The translations under genes were made by a program, and so were the position numbers. DNA of 64,000 nt, taken from positions 32,001 through 96,000 of the IMG/VR virus record IMGVR_UViG_3300027736_000026; one strand, written 5' to 3'. The notes below the pieces were generated by a model. The model worked only from the letters and a program-made list of their open reading frames with translations, made no database searches and had not been told where the DNA came from. How positions within the stretch are numbered: position 1 is the stretch's first letter; the number at the start of each line of letters is the position of its first letter. Origin of the DNA: a virus. Shown piece after piece: positions 40,876-49,809 of this stretch.

Positions 40876-41688
40876 TTAAAAATAATTTAATGCATCCATA
40901 AAATCTTTTATTAAATGGTATTTAACCCTGCAATTTTCATATTTCCACATTTCTGGTTTATACGCATAATTATCAAATAATAAACCATTACTGTAACCGA
41001 AGGAAGGGACTAGCACATGGCAAAACGCTCCAGAAGCAATGGCTGCGTGGGTTAGTCCGCTCTCTATTCCCAAGAATTTTCCACAAGCCCTCATAATAGC
41101 GCACTGTCGTCTAATGGGAAAATCTAAACATTGAACAGTGTTATCAATTGGATAGTTATTGTTTTTAATTCCAAAACATAGTACTGTATATTTTTTTAAT
41201 AGTTCTTTTAACATTATGTTCCACGTTTCTATCGTAGGCATTCTTCCTAGCGCATTTGGGCAATTTTTATAATACCCACCAGCAAATGGACAAAGAGCTA
41301 TCGCCGGTTTGTCAAATTGAGCGCAAAATTTTAAACCCCAATCAAGCTCTTCATCATTAAGTTTTATATAGGGAATATAATCATCAGAAGATACTCCCGC
41401 CATATCTAGAATGTTAAATGCCGAATGGTGTCTTGGGAATCTTGACTCATACCAAGTATAATCATTCCATTTATACTCATTAATTTCTTCTATGGTAGCA
41501 ATCTCATTGAAAACGGAAGCAATGTTGTAAGCATTAGGATTTGTTTTAACTGGATTAATTACAATATTTGGATTTATTTTGCACAAAGTGGTGTAATAAA
41601 ATGTTTCAGCCAAGCCAAGACCATCCAATGGGATACAAATTCTTCTATTGTTGTCTATCTTTTTTTCTGATTGAGGAATAAATTTCAT
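40876..41688 (-). CDS. GT9-like glycosyltransferase
   Basis: GLGLAE, IALCP, FLGIESGLTHAA. Confidence 0.65.
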   Translation of the reverse strand: MKFIPQSEKKIDNNRRICIPLDGLGLAETFYYTTLCKINPNIVINPVKTNPNAYNIASVFNEIATIEEINEYKWNDYTWYESRFPRHHSAFNILDMAGVSSDDYIPYIKLNDEELDWGLKFCAQFDKPAIALCPFAGGYYKNCPNALGRMPTIETWNIMLKELLKKYTVLCFGIKNNNYPIDNTVQCLDFPIRRQCAIMRACGKFLGIESGLTHAAIASGAFCHVLVPSFGYSNGLLFDNYAYKPEMWKYENCRVKYHLIKDFMDALNYF

Positions 41689-42368
41689 GCTTCAAATGGG
41701 ATTTTGTAGTTTGGAGTTTTAATTATATGATTTTTTAATTCATTAAAAATTTCATATCTAGAATCATTAGATCTTCCCGCTAAATGTATTACAAAATCTC
41801 CGTGTTGATAGTTGTCTTTTGGATGCCATGAATGATAATAAGAATTAAAAAATCTTAAAGGTACTATTTTTATATGTTTTTTTGCTTCTTCAACGTGAGT
41901 AATGTTTATATAATCAATTACAGCTTGTTGACACGGCCAAGGATTGGAAGATGTTTTGGCTACAGAGTTAATATGGTTTAAAAAATTTTTTGACCACTCT
42001 GATCTTTTTATCAACATCGACCCATCATTTATTTCTATCAAACCTTCCGTGCGTGTTTTTGCAATAATTAAATCATAATTATCGTCTATTAAATTTTCTA
42101 TTCTAATAGTTTGATTCATTATCATTGTGTCTGTATCTAAATACCAGATCCAATCATAGTTATCTATTTCATTTATTAAAATATTTACTCTCTCTGTCCT
42201 GTATACCCAAGAAGGATCGAAATCTTTATCTTTTAAAGAAAAATCATACCCATGAATTTTGCAATATTCCTCTTTGGATTGTCTTGACAATTCTCCAATT
42301 ACTTTGAAAGTGGGGCCATAATGAGAGTTTTCATCATGATACGAAAAGACTAAAATTTTTTTTTCCAT
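41685..42368 (-). CDS. GT34 (GMA12/MNN10-like) glycosyltransferase
   Basis: YCKIHGY, WIWYLDTD, INDG, WS..FL, QQA, FNSY, GDFVIHLAG. Confidence 0.85.
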   Translation of the reverse strand: MEKKILVFSYHDENSHYGPTFKVIGELSRQSKEEYCKIHGYDFSLKDKDFDPSWVYRTERVNILINEIDNYDWIWYLDTDTMIMNQTIRIENLIDDNYDLIIAKTRTEGLIEINDGSMLIKRSEWSKNFLNHINSVAKTSSNPWPCQQAVIDYINITHVEEAKKHIKIVPLRFFNSYYHSWHPKDNYQHGDFVIHLAGRSNDSRYEIFNELKNHIIKTPNYKIPFEA

Positions 42369-42369
42369 T

Positions 42370-43269
42370 TTAAAATTTATGAAGTAAAATATGCTTCCAA
42401 AAAATGTTTTTGTTTTTGATTTGGTTTAGTACTATCTTTCTATCCATTAATAGGGTTTCTGGATTCTTTATATTTTCAACTATTAAATTAGATATATTAA
42501 GATAGTTTTCATTTATATCAATGCATTCTTCGTAGTCTTCTTTCCATCTAGTCATCCATAACAACTTATTAAACTGGGGGTCTAAAATTAACCTTGGAAT
42601 TCCAATTTGATAGGCTATATGACTTGGGCCATTGCAGGTGAAAATTCCATACTTAGACTTTAATAAGATATCTAAAGACTCTTCAAATTTTGGATCTTCA
42701 TGAATGTAAACGTTTTTAGGAAACTCAATATTAAAATTTCCCATGTTTACTTCTCTGTCCCAAGATTTAATATTTGGAAAATAAATTTGATAATCAGGAA
42801 GAGACGTAGCTAAAGCGATTAAAAGATTTTGTATGTCTTTGTATAGATATCCTGAAGTTGATGTGGCTAATCCACAATAGACAATTTTTTCTTTCTTTAC
42901 ATTGCTATCTATGAAAGCCCTATGCTTCTTTATTAGAGCAGTGTTTAAATCATATTTTTCACAATCTAAAGCTAAAGGATGGTGAAATAATAAATCAGGT
43001 ACATTATAAGTTATTTCAGAACACTCATAAGAAGTTTTTAATTCTTCTTGTAAATTAGTATTTAAAACGATGTTGTTATCGTGAGAATATTTTTCATCTA
43101 CATGGTGAATGGTAAGCTTATTTCCAAAAACATGGTTTAAAGGATTGAAAACTTGCTTCCTAGTAGAGAGGCAGTTTACATGAGGTATATTTTTTTGGGT
43201 TAGTAATGAAGAGATCTGCAAAGACAGAATGCAGTCTCCTAGCCCATGTCCTCCTAAATTTAGCAACAT
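42370..43269 (-). CDS. GT9-like glycosyltransferase
   Basis: GHGLGD, TCNGPSHIA..GIP. Confidence 0.55.
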   Translation of the reverse strand: MLLNLGGHGLGDCILSLQISSLLTQKNIPHVNCLSTRKQVFNPLNHVFGNKLTIHHVDEKYSHDNNIVLNTNLQEELKTSYECSEITYNVPDLLFHHPLALDCEKYDLNTALIKKHRAFIDSNVKKEKIVYCGLATSTSGYLYKDIQNLLIALATSLPDYQIYFPNIKSWDREVNMGNFNIEFPKNVYIHEDPKFEESLDILLKSKYGIFTCNGPSHIAYQIGIPRLILDPQFNKLLWMTRWKEDYEECIDINENYLNISNLIVENIKNPETLLMDRKIVLNQIKNKNIFWKHILLHKF

Positions 43270-43276
43270 AATAGAG

Positions 43277-43561
43277 CTACTTACTTCGCTCTATAATATT
43301 ATCTAACTTTACTTCCAGTTTATCAAATCTAGCGTTAATGTTCTCTGAGAATTTATTAAGATCTTCTTTATTGACGTACTCTTTAGGAAGCGCTATTTCA
43401 ATCCCATAGATTTTCTTTTCAAGATCTGATACTTTGTTTTCTTGTTTGTCTATCATTTGGAAGTTCCTTTTGAAAATCCAAGCAGCTAAGAAGCTGAGAA
43501 TAGACAATGCTATATTAAATAAAGTTTGCCAATCCATAGTCGCTCCTGTTGCTGGTGTCAT
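43277..43561 (-). CDS. Small single-TM membrane protein (holin-like candidate)
   Basis: MDWQTLFNIALSILSFLAAWIF followed by a coiled coil with LPKEYV.K..RFDKLE.KLD. Confidence 0.55.
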   Translation of the reverse strand: MTPATGATMDWQTLFNIALSILSFLAAWIFKRNFQMIDKQENKVSDLEKKIYGIEIALPKEYVNKEDLNKFSENINARFDKLEVKLDNIIERSK

Positions 43562-43611
43562 ATTAGTTATTAAATATAAGTTTCAATAGCGATTTTTACA
43601 TTTTTAAGGCG

Positions 43612-43737
43612 TTAAGACAAGAAAAGAGCGACTCTCTGAAATAGAAAGTCGCTATAGTTTAGCTCAATACGTTTTTCGTGTCCGTATTGCTTTTTTAATG
43701 CTTTAATTTCGTTGGAAAAACCAACAGTAAAGTTCAT
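43612..43737 (-). CDS. Small 41-aa ORF (MNFTVGFSNEIKAL...)
   Basis: Hand-translated; preceded by the variant GTGTAG; overlaps a terminator-like hairpin, so doubtful. Confidence 0.3.
   Translation of the reverse strand: MNFTVGFSNEIKALKKQYGHEKRIELNYSDFLFQRVALFLS
43618..43653 (-). terminator. Probable intrinsic terminator
   Basis: AGCGACTTTCT-ATTTC-AGAGAGTCGCT stem followed by CTTTTCTT on the minus strand. Confidence 0.5.
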
Positions 43738-43788
43738 ATATTACTCTACACGCTAGAAGCACCATATGAATAAAAAAGACACAAAAGT

Positions 43789-45756
43789 TTACAAACTAAC
43801 TGGCTCGCATTTCCCTCCAGCGCAAGCAGCTTCTTGAGTATGACTTGTCTCGTCTTCATCCTCAATAAGTTTGGTGAAATCAACCTGTGACCATTCTGCC
43901 TGAAGCTTATTGAACTTTTCTTCGTCTTCAGGGGTTATGACGGCTTCCATTGGAGCTTGTTGATAAATTTTATCTCCAGAGTAAGGCAGTAATGAAACAG
44001 CAGTAAAGTATTCTTGATTCTTGTAAAGGTATTCTGTAACAGTTTTCCATTCGTCATCTTTAACGATAACTGTGCAACTAACTGAATGATTTAATGGCTT
44101 CTTGTTGGCTTCGGTTGTCCCGCAATTTACCCAGTTGGTTTGGGTCAACTTAATAAGGTCTAGATGTTCAATGGCATTAAGTCCAGACTTAATCTTGACA
44201 TTCTCATCTACTTCAATAGGGAATGTAATAACATCATCTACCTTGTTTGCGCTCCAAACGCTCTCTTCGCAAGCATACTCATTAAACATCTTGAAAAACT
44301 TATAGACGTTATCTTCCTTGTTGACTTGAATTCGGCGGAAGTATTTGCGAGCGTGATGAGGGTGAATTCCAGAAGCAGCAGACAATACAATTGAATTCGT
44401 TCCTTCTGGCTTAATACAAGTTACTCTAGAGGCTTGATTGACTCCAATCTTCTTGGCCCATTCAATATTAGTATTAACAGATACCTTGGCAGCTTCTCTT
44501 TGATATTCTGGATTAAAAAGAATATCTGGATTATCCATCATTCCAGTAATAGAAACCCCAAGCAAGGCTTCTTGTTCAGTTAATTCTTCTGATGTATGAC
44601 CAAGATAAGGGAAAGATGTATACGCTGCTTGTAATGTGCCTATCAATGAAGCCGCCCAAGAAGCGTTTTTAAAATCTTCTAGAGACTTAACTTTAGCGCC
44701 ATTAATAGAAGTGAGGTTACAGAACTGGAATCCACAACGTCCATCTTTAGTAATAGGAATAAATGAGATTTCAAAACAAGGATTTAAAAGCTGATCCTCG
44801 TCAACAACATATAGGAATCCCGGCTCACCAAACTCTTTAGTCTTATTAATGAGAGCTTCAAACTCTGCATAAGAAGTCTTGCCGCGAATAATAATTGCTG
44901 AATTATTTGACCTAGCTCTCTGGGGGTTGTCAAGGAACCAGTCGCCAGTCTTGGCGTTCATCATGTCCTTGTCTTGAGCATCAAAAATAACACTGCAAGC
45001 AGAACGGCGAATGCCTCCTGACAGGACTGCGTCAGCGCAATGCATTAAAATATCATAGGCATTGACGGTCTTAAGGCGAGTTTGATTGCTGTCTTCAATA
45101 ATAGTGTCAAGCAAGAGCTTAACCTTGAAATGGCAGTTCTTGAGCCCCTTGTAACCGGGAGCTTTTCCGCCGCCAGTCTTGAGCTTTGCGCCCTTTGGGC
45201 GAATTTTACTATAATCAAAAACAATCTTGCGCCCAGAATAAGCAGTGTTCTTGAAATAACAATTTAATAGAGCTTCAATAGAGTCGCCCCAACCTTCAAT
45301 ATTATCAGTTACAGTATAAGTGATTACCGCTCCTGTCTTATCTTTAGCGTTAACGAGATCAGGGAGCCGATTGAGGAGCTTATCAGTGATGCCAAATCCA
45401 ACACCAGTACCACAAAGAAGAGTATAAAAGGACTCAGCAAAAGAACGGATAGAATCAATATGGCGCACAGCACAGTTAAAGATTCTTCCATTATGCGCTT
45501 CAACAGCCTTGCCGCCGAATTGCATACTACGCATTGAAGGAGTGACTTTCCTTTCTCTAACCAACTCAAAAGCTTTTGAGATTTCATATTTGTCTTCTTT
45601 TGGTAGGTATTTGAATTTCTTCAAGTGCATGGTCTCGACTCTTGTAACAGTCTCGTCCCATGTTTCTCTACGCTTCTTCTTTTCATCGTATTTTGCGTAT
45701 TTTGTAACAAACGTAAAGTTCGCCATTTCATCTAGGAAGTTAATAGCCTTGCTCAT
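43789..45756 (-). CDS. nrdJ: Class II (adenosylcobalamin-dependent) ribonucleotide reductase
   Basis: PSMR, FNC, GGIRRSA, NPCFE, FCNL, KPEGT, C-terminal ACAGGKC. Confidence 0.92.
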   Translation of the reverse strand: MSKAINFLDEMANFTFVTKYAKYDEKKKRRETWDETVTRVETMHLKKFKYLPKEDKYEISKAFELVRERKVTPSMRSMQFGGKAVEAHNGRIFNCAVRHIDSIRSFAESFYTLLCGTGVGFGITDKLLNRLPDLVNAKDKTGAVITYTVTDNIEGWGDSIEALLNCYFKNTAYSGRKIVFDYSKIRPKGAKLKTGGGKAPGYKGLKNCHFKVKLLLDTIIEDSNQTRLKTVNAYDILMHCADAVLSGGIRRSACSVIFDAQDKDMMNAKTGDWFLDNPQRARSNNSAIIIRGKTSYAEFEALINKTKEFGEPGFLYVVDEDQLLNPCFEISFIPITKDGRCGFQFCNLTSINGAKVKSLEDFKNASWAASLIGTLQAAYTSFPYLGHTSEELTEQEALLGVSITGMMDNPDILFNPEYQREAAKVSVNTNIEWAKKIGVNQASRVTCIKPEGTNSIVLSAASGIHPHHARKYFRRIQVNKEDNVYKFFKMFNEYACEESVWSANKVDDVITFPIEVDENVKIKSGLNAIEHLDLIKLTQTNWVNCGTTEANKKPLNHSVSCTVIVKDDEWKTVTEYLYKNQEYFTAVSLLPYSGDKIYQQAPMEAVITPEDEEKFNKLQAEWSQVDFTKLIEDEDETSHTQEAACAGGKCEPVSL

Positions 45757-45809
45757 ATAGGGATAATAAATTACACTGACAATAAACTGCTTTGGGAAAT
45801 CAAAAAAAA

Positions 45810-46154
45810 TTAGAGTACGACTCTATTCGTATGCTTTGCGCCACGACGTTTCTTGGAATATTCTTTTAGAGACTTCTCTTTAACAGGGTCTACTCCACGT
45901 TCTTTTTCTCTCTTTTCAGAAAGATCTTTCGAAGCATCCCACATGTCACCAAGATTATAATTCTTTCTCTTAGTTTTTTCAACAAAATCTTGCTCAGAGT
46001 TTGCATCTATCTGAGTATCTACACTTACATTAGGAGATAGGAAAACTCTTTGCCATTTTATCTCGCCTTCGCTGTAGACCTTCTCTGAGTCAATCGAAAG
46101 AAAAATTTCTTTGTACTCTTTTGTCTTGGGATTTTGAAAAATGTAAACGGGCAT
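45810..46154 (-). CDS. FmdB-like zinc-ribbon-type protein (Cys-less)
   Basis: MPVYIF..E..WQRVF..P pattern. Confidence 0.5.
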   Translation of the reverse strand: MPVYIFQNPKTKEYKEIFLSIDSEKVYSEGEIKWQRVFLSPNVSVDTQIDANSEQDFVEKTKRKNYNLGDMWDASKDLSEKREKERGVDPVKEKSLKEYSKKRRGAKHTNRVVL

Positions 46155-46155
46155 A

Positions 46156-47235
46156 TTAAAAGAGAGACAAAATTTGTTCCGTGGTCTTTTTGACGGTGAA
46201 CTGCTCCTGAAGCTTCAAACCTTCTTGATTTACTTTGCTTCGCTTGACTCTGGCGATAGCTTTTTCGCAGCCTTCAATGAAAGCATCTTCAGACCATTCA
46301 AAAATATTTCCTTGATTGAACTCTTGTCCTTCATGGAAAAACATATTGTCATAAGCGGGAGTCTTCCCAGATGCTTGCAACATAACAGAGTTCTTGTCGT
46401 TTGCCCAAGCAGTATATGCGTGAGCATTAACAATTACGGAATGCTTGCCGATTGCAACAGATTGGAACTCTGGTAAAGCCCATCCTTCACCGCCAGAAGC
46501 TCCAAGGATGACATCTGCTGAATTTAGAAATTCATTGTAAAGATTGGTCTGAGCCATGTGGCCGAAGAAACTAACATTAAAGAATTTCTTTCCTTCCACC
46601 GCCATGTTGATCAGCTTGGTGTTATCTTCTTGAGAAATGAAGTTGTTATAAAGAGCGCATTGCAAAGAATAATTACTATTGTTTGCATACTTATTGACCC
46701 ATGCACGAATAGCTTTTACATGATGTTTGCGCTTTTCAAACTTACCACAGAGATTAAACGTAACCCTTCCGTCATTAAAATACGTTTTGTTTGTGGCTTT
46801 AAAATTCTTTGCATCAAAGAACAGGGGTAGATAAGAAGTGTTACCTACCCCATGCTCGTTGAATACCTTCACAGAATAAGGAGAGGAAACTAATACCTTG
46901 TCATTATTTTTTAAGATATTAATTTCAGACTGAGTGAGGGCATCAAGTTCGTGGAACGTAAGGAGAAATTGCCTGTCACTATAAGACTCAAGTGAACCAT
47001 TAATATGCCATAATTTAAAAATTGGATCTTTTCTTGAATGATATCGAAGACCTTTCTTCAAACAAGAATTAAACCAGTTCTTAAAATCTTCCGTAATCTC
47101 TTCCTGCCCGAAGTCAGGAGCGCCAATCATAAATAATGACGGCTCCAACTTCAAAGAATAGATCTCTTTAAGAAGCTGAATAGAAACCTGACCAAAGCTG
47201 GTCGAATTTACTGGAAGATGCAAGGCAAATTTCAT
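46156..47235 (-). CDS. GT4 glycosyltransferase
   Basis: SFG, GKFEKRK, SGGEGWALPEF. Confidence 0.8.
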   Translation of the reverse strand: MKFALHLPVNSTSFGQVSIQLLKEIYSLKLEPSLFMIGAPDFGQEEITEDFKNWFNSCLKKGLRYHSRKDPIFKLWHINGSLESYSDRQFLLTFHELDALTQSEINILKNNDKVLVSSPYSVKVFNEHGVGNTSYLPLFFDAKNFKATNKTYFNDGRVTFNLCGKFEKRKHHVKAIRAWVNKYANNSNYSLQCALYNNFISQEDNTKLINMAVEGKKFFNVSFFGHMAQTNLYNEFLNSADVILGASGGEGWALPEFQSVAIGKHSVIVNAHAYTAWANDKNSVMLQASGKTPAYDNMFFHEGQEFNQGNIFEWSEDAFIEGCEKAIARVKRSKVNQEGLKLQEQFTVKKTTEQILSLF

Positions 47236-47236
47236 A

Positions 47237-47602
47237 TTAGATCAAATCATCATCTGCGCTAACTTGATTAACCGGAGACTTAACTAAAGTTTTAACCCCT
47301 GCTGGGCGAGGGGCAGTATTTGTCGTCGGGGCGGCAACAGGAGCAACCTGAGTTCCTGTCAAGGTTTCGTATTGAGCCTTCTCCATAAAGATCTGAAAGT
47401 CAGGAGAGCCGTCGCTCTTCTTCTTGTTATTTGGGAAAACAATAATCTTAACTTCATCAAAGTTATCCTTGATGTCCTTAAGGCGGAATTTCCCGGTTAG
47501 ATACTCAGAACCACTAGAGCCTTTACGGCTCCAAAGTGCGCCAAGTTCTCGTCGAATTGTATTGCTTTCAGTATTGCTAGTATTAGGAGTAGGAGTAGGC
47601 AT
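47237..47602 (-). CDS. DUF736-like putative ssDNA-binding protein
   Basis: ELGALW.RK..YLTG..F.N.KK..SPDF, acidic DDDLI tail; own TTTACT-17-TAGTAT promoter at 47618-47646. Confidence 0.55.
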   Translation of the reverse strand: MPTPTPNTSNTESNTIRRELGALWSRKGSSGSEYLTGKFRLKDIKDNFDEVKIIVFPNNKKKSDGSPDFQIFMEKAQYETLTGTQVAPVAAPTTNTAPRPAGVKTLVKSPVNQVSADDDLI

Positions 47603-47652
47603 AATTTATGCAAATAAATACTAGCTACTCGCGAAGGAAAAGTAAAGACAAT

Positions 47653-48240
47653 TTATACAAAATCTTGCATCTCTTTGCTCTCAATTTTAGTCTTTAAAAA
47701 TTCAAGAGCTTTTTTGTGCAAAGTGATTGCTGTCTGATATGTGACTCCAAGTTCTTTTGATATATTCTTCCATTTGCGGGAGGACTTGTCTCCGTAATAT
47801 CTTAACAGTATTATTTTTTCAAGTCTTTTGTCTTTCATTTGACAAAGTAGATTAAAGATGTAATCTTTCTTCTCTTCAAAATCATTTGACTGTTGACAGA
47901 GATTTGCTGCTAATGTCTTTTGATTTTCATCATCAAGAGAAATTGTCCATTTGTGTTTTGTAATGTTTGTTAAACATTTGTATTTAACATGATTAGCCAG
48001 CCAAGTCGAAAACTTACTGTTCTGATTTTCATCAAAATTAAGAGTACATTTATAAATAATGTAATCTTTTTCATTGACAAGATCTTCTGGGCTTATTCCT
48101 CTTTCTTGAAGAATTTTATTGTACTTCTTAAAAATGTCAAAACAAAGAGGAGAATGCCTTTCTATAAGAGTTTTTAATGATTGGTTGCATTGATGAAGTT
48201 TTACCTTCGTTACAAGTTCGTTGTCAGTTGAGTCTATCAT
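47653..48240 (-). CDS. Phage-encoded sigma70-family factor (region 2 + region 4 HTH)
   Basis: TDNELV..LIERH..FDE..KFSTWL..; IILLRY..WKNISKELGVTYQ..HKKAL. Confidence 0.8.
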   Translation of the reverse strand: MIDSTDNELVTKVKLHQCNQSLKTLIERHSPLCFDIFKKYNKILQERGISPEDLVNEKDYIIYKCTLNFDENQNSKFSTWLANHVKYKCLTNITKHKWTISLDDENQKTLAANLCQQSNDFEEKKDYIFNLLCQMKDKRLEKIILLRYYGDKSSRKWKNISKELGVTYQTAITLHKKALEFLKTKIESKEMQDFV

Positions 48241-48856
48241 GTGTATAAAGCTTACCTTCTTTTATAAAAATGTCAAGGGTTTTTTTGACTAAATCTTTTA
48301 AATATTTTTCAGGCCATCCATGCCTCCAACAAAGAGAATAATCAGCATTTTTTCTAAGAAAAGGATCATTTCTTCTCTCATCATCGTTTGCAGGAGCGCA
48401 AACTGAACCGTCTTCAAAAAATTTTTCAACATAAATTAAAAACCCTTTATTTTCTCCCTTTAACCAGACGACTTCATCACTAGGATATTCGAAGTGTCTA
48501 ATATCAGTTACACAAAAGATATCTGACTGTTTAAAATTTTCAGATCTTTTATAAGCTTCGATTTCAGACTGAAGCTTTTCTATCCAATACCTACCTTTAG
48601 TATTTTGCCGCATTGTCCTTGCGTGATTTACTAACTCATGTCTTACTTTGTTTTTGTCTTCAGTAGAACAATTAAAAATATCAACATTGTATTTTTCTAA
48701 GATAAAAGAAAACAAGTCTTTTTTTAAAGAATCTGCCAAAGCAAATCTAATTACGTTTACTCCAAAGTCTTCTAAGCAAATTTCTTTTAGTAATTTATAG
48801 TAAGTATCCTTACCGACAGTAGCAGCACCTGCAATACCTAGAAACTGGTTAGACAT
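48224..48856 (-). CDS. Deoxynucleoside monophosphate kinase-like P-loop protein
   Basis: GIAGAATVGKDT, ALAD.LK, YWI, VTDIR..E. Confidence 0.75.
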   Translation of the reverse strand: MSNQFLGIAGAATVGKDTYYKLLKEICLEDFGVNVIRFALADSLKKDLFSFILEKYNVDIFNCSTEDKNKVRHELVNHARTMRQNTKGRYWIEKLQSEIEAYKRSENFKQSDIFCVTDIRHFEYPSDEVVWLKGENKGFLIYVEKFFEDGSVCAPANDDERRNDPFLRKNADYSLCWRHGWPEKYLKDLVKKTLDIFIKEGKLYTHDRLN

Positions 48857-48864
48857 AGTAAAGT

Positions 48865-48893
48865 ATAGTATTTAAGAAAGGCTGGTTTGTAAA
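48865..48893 (-). promoter_or_regulatory. sigma70-type promoter TTTACA-17-TACTAT
   Basis: -10 box 8 nt upstream of the kinase ATG; the -35 box sits in the loop of a hairpin made by a repeat copy. Confidence 0.5.
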
Positions 48894-48947
48894 AGGAACT
48901 GCCAGCTTTATGATTTTTCTTTGAGTTAAAATAGGAAAGGCTTGTCA

Positions 48948-49303
48948 TCTCTAAATTAAAATAGAGATTTCAAAATAATCAAGAGTTACCCATTTCAATC
49001 CTTCGCAGTCTGTTTATCAGATTTTCGGCCCTCTCAAGAGAGCCTAGCTAATGACTAACTCTTTGTTTAAGTTCTTTACCTTTGCGGGTGGGATTTCTCT
49101 TAGGACGGAACTGCCAGCTTTTTCTTTTGAGAAAAATGAGGTTGCAGCTTTTTCAAAGTCTTCTCCTTGCGGAACGTCGCCTTTTCCCGAAATGGCGTTG
49201 GATTTCTTAGATCCAGTTGACTAGGGTCTTTTTACGGGCCTGATGTCTCTGATGCGTTTGAACTGGGATATCCCCAGTAGGCTGTTCACCCAGATAAAGA
49301 ACT
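48948..49303 (-). ncRNA. Candidate large structured non-coding RNA (family not recognised)
   Basis: 460-bp ORF-free gap. Closing helices AGUUCUUUAUCU/AGGUAAAGAACU and AAGAGUUA/UAACUCUU; nested hairpins; G-U pairs and a GCAA loop favour the minus strand; upstream TTGACA-18-TAGGAT. Confidence 0.65.
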
Positions 49304-49308
49304 ACCTC

Positions 49309-49338
49309 ATCCTAGTCATGAGGTCTTGGTTTTGTCAA
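49309..49338 (-). promoter_or_regulatory. sigma70-type promoter TTGACA-18-TAGGAT for the candidate ncRNA
   Basis: Predicted start site coincides with the first base of the closing helix (~49303). Confidence 0.5.
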
Positions 49339-49732
49339 AAGTTTTTTCGCGCAAGCCGTTGAAAATTACCAGAAGGTTCTTGATGTCCTTCTCGCTGATC
49401 GAAATTGGGTTGCATCTTTCAGATTCATTTTCAATCAGAGAGCAGTAAGAATTGATTACTTCCGAGATGACGAAAGAAGTTTTGGGAGAGATGGTCACGC
49501 TTTGTTCGTATGCGTCAAACTTCTTAGAGAGAATCCAATAATTATTATTTTTAAAACTAGCCTTTTTTACGATCCCGTTCTTCTCAAATTCCTCAAGCGC
49601 ACACAACACGCAAGCCCTTTCAGATTCTGGGTTTTCTGAAATGGTAAGCAGTTTAGTGAAATCGTTCTCACAGAAACTATCATTCTGAAAGTACCATTGA
49701 TATAATTTTGTAGACGCATCTGAAATTGTCAT
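49316..49732 (-). CDS. Hypothetical protein
   Basis: Probable start MTISDAS at 49732; the longer ORF-track start overlaps the divergent gene. Confidence 0.7.
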   Translation of the reverse strand: MTISDASTKLYQWYFQNDSFCENDFTKLLTISENPESERACVLCALEEFEKNGIVKKASFKNNNYWILSKKFDAYEQSVTISPKTSFVISEVINSYCSLIENESERCNPISISEKDIKNLLVIFNGLREKTFDKTKTS

Positions 49733-49773
49733 ATTTAATAATAGAAGAATGCCAGAAAAAGCTCCAAATAAAC

Positions 49774-49802
49774 TTGACTTTTCTTTCCCGATGTGTGACA
49801 AT
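49774..49802 (+). promoter_or_regulatory. sigma70-type promoter TTGACT-17-GACAAT
   Basis: 7 nt before ATG 49810, at the strand switch. Confidence 0.55.
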
Positions 49803-49809
49803 ATTATCC

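Noticed and set aside
48948-49303. Group I intron, RNase P or tmRNA identity for the structured region (UCAGAGAC resembles the group I R element)
   Set aside because: No matching S/P7 partner and no interrupted gene; no GAGGAAAGUCC P4 motif; no tRNA-like ends
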